Part shown: positions 63,800-64,000 of the stretch, piece after piece
How positions within the stretch are numbered: position 1 is the first letter of the stretch
How the letters are laid out: every line of letters begins with the position of its first letter
Virus record (IMG/VR): IMGVR_UViG_3300042308_001616
Coordinates: 124,001 to 188,000 of that record
Length of the DNA: 64,000 nt
Reading direction: 5' to 3' (one strand)
Notes under the pieces: model-generated
Told to the model about the DNA's origin: nothing
Databases searched by the model: none
Seen by the model: only the letters and a program-made list of their open reading frames with translations
Translations under genes and position numbers: made by a program

Positions 63800-64000
63800 T
63801 TATTCAGGTTTTTTAGCAGCTGGTTTTCTTGGTGCTCTTTTCCTTGTGGCTTTCTTAGGAGCATCCTCTTTTGAAATCTCAATCTCGGCCTTAGGTTTAG
63901 TTGTCTTAGGCTTAGAAGCTTTAGCTTTGATTTGTTTTGCTGTCAAAGGCTTTTCTTCTTTAGCAACTTCAACTAACCTTTCCTCAATCTCTTTAGTAGA
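63800..64000 (-). CDS. 3' end of protein with Lys/Ala/Pro-rich (histone H1-like) tail, truncated by window
   Basis: Open frame '...KAKASKPKTTKPKAE...PKKATRKRAPRKPAAKKPE*'. Confidence 0.7.
   Translation of the reverse strand, partial: STKEIEERLVEVAKEEKPLTAKQIKAKASKPKTTKPKAEIEISKEDAPKKATRKRAPRKPAAKKPE

Noticed and set aside
1-64000. Alternative genetic code (stop-codon reassignment)
   Set aside because: Code 11 gives dense, full-length recognisable genes ending in TAA, TAG and TGA

Overview
This is an AT-rich, densely coded 64-kb segment of a large (jumbo-type) contractile-tailed phage distantly related to T4-like myoviruses. The host is most likely Bacteroidota: it carries a Flavobacteriia-style SerA, TAnnTTTG promoter boxes, DUF6576-like tails and a lipoprotein with a K-D-D export signal, and has almost no Shine-Dalgarno sites. 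Virion genes (tail sheath, tail tube, hub/chaperone pair, tape-measure-like, baseplate, fibre-associated) are scattered on both strands. Replication and recombination genes include an Mre11/gp47 nuclease, UvsY-like, clamp-like, primase and only the C-terminal half of a family-B DNA polymerase. Auxiliary genes include Hsp20, ClpP, SerA, a PLP aminotransferase, a HAD-NTP-transferase fusion, GT2, a pol-beta nucleotidyltransferase and a WYL protein. The most striking structure is a set of short shared tags on otherwise unrelated proteins. About 18 ORFs start with an M-[KR]-[HYIW]-[IL]-[KR]-x-[FY]-E-x-F-like leader resembling the T4 capsid-targeting sequence, and many sit behind a WATATATA box only 4-5 nt from the ATG. 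A separate group of about 7 proteins carries an R-[DE]-x-K-I-[DN]-[ED]-L-L helix, and three carry a DUF6576-like tail. One leader-bearing gene lies in a 33-bp direct-repeat-flanked cassette, and another has a GC-rich body fused to an AT-rich leader, suggesting modular capture of capsid cargo. No tRNA, rRNA, CRISPR array or IS element was seen. All family assignments are by-eye motif recognition, not database searches.
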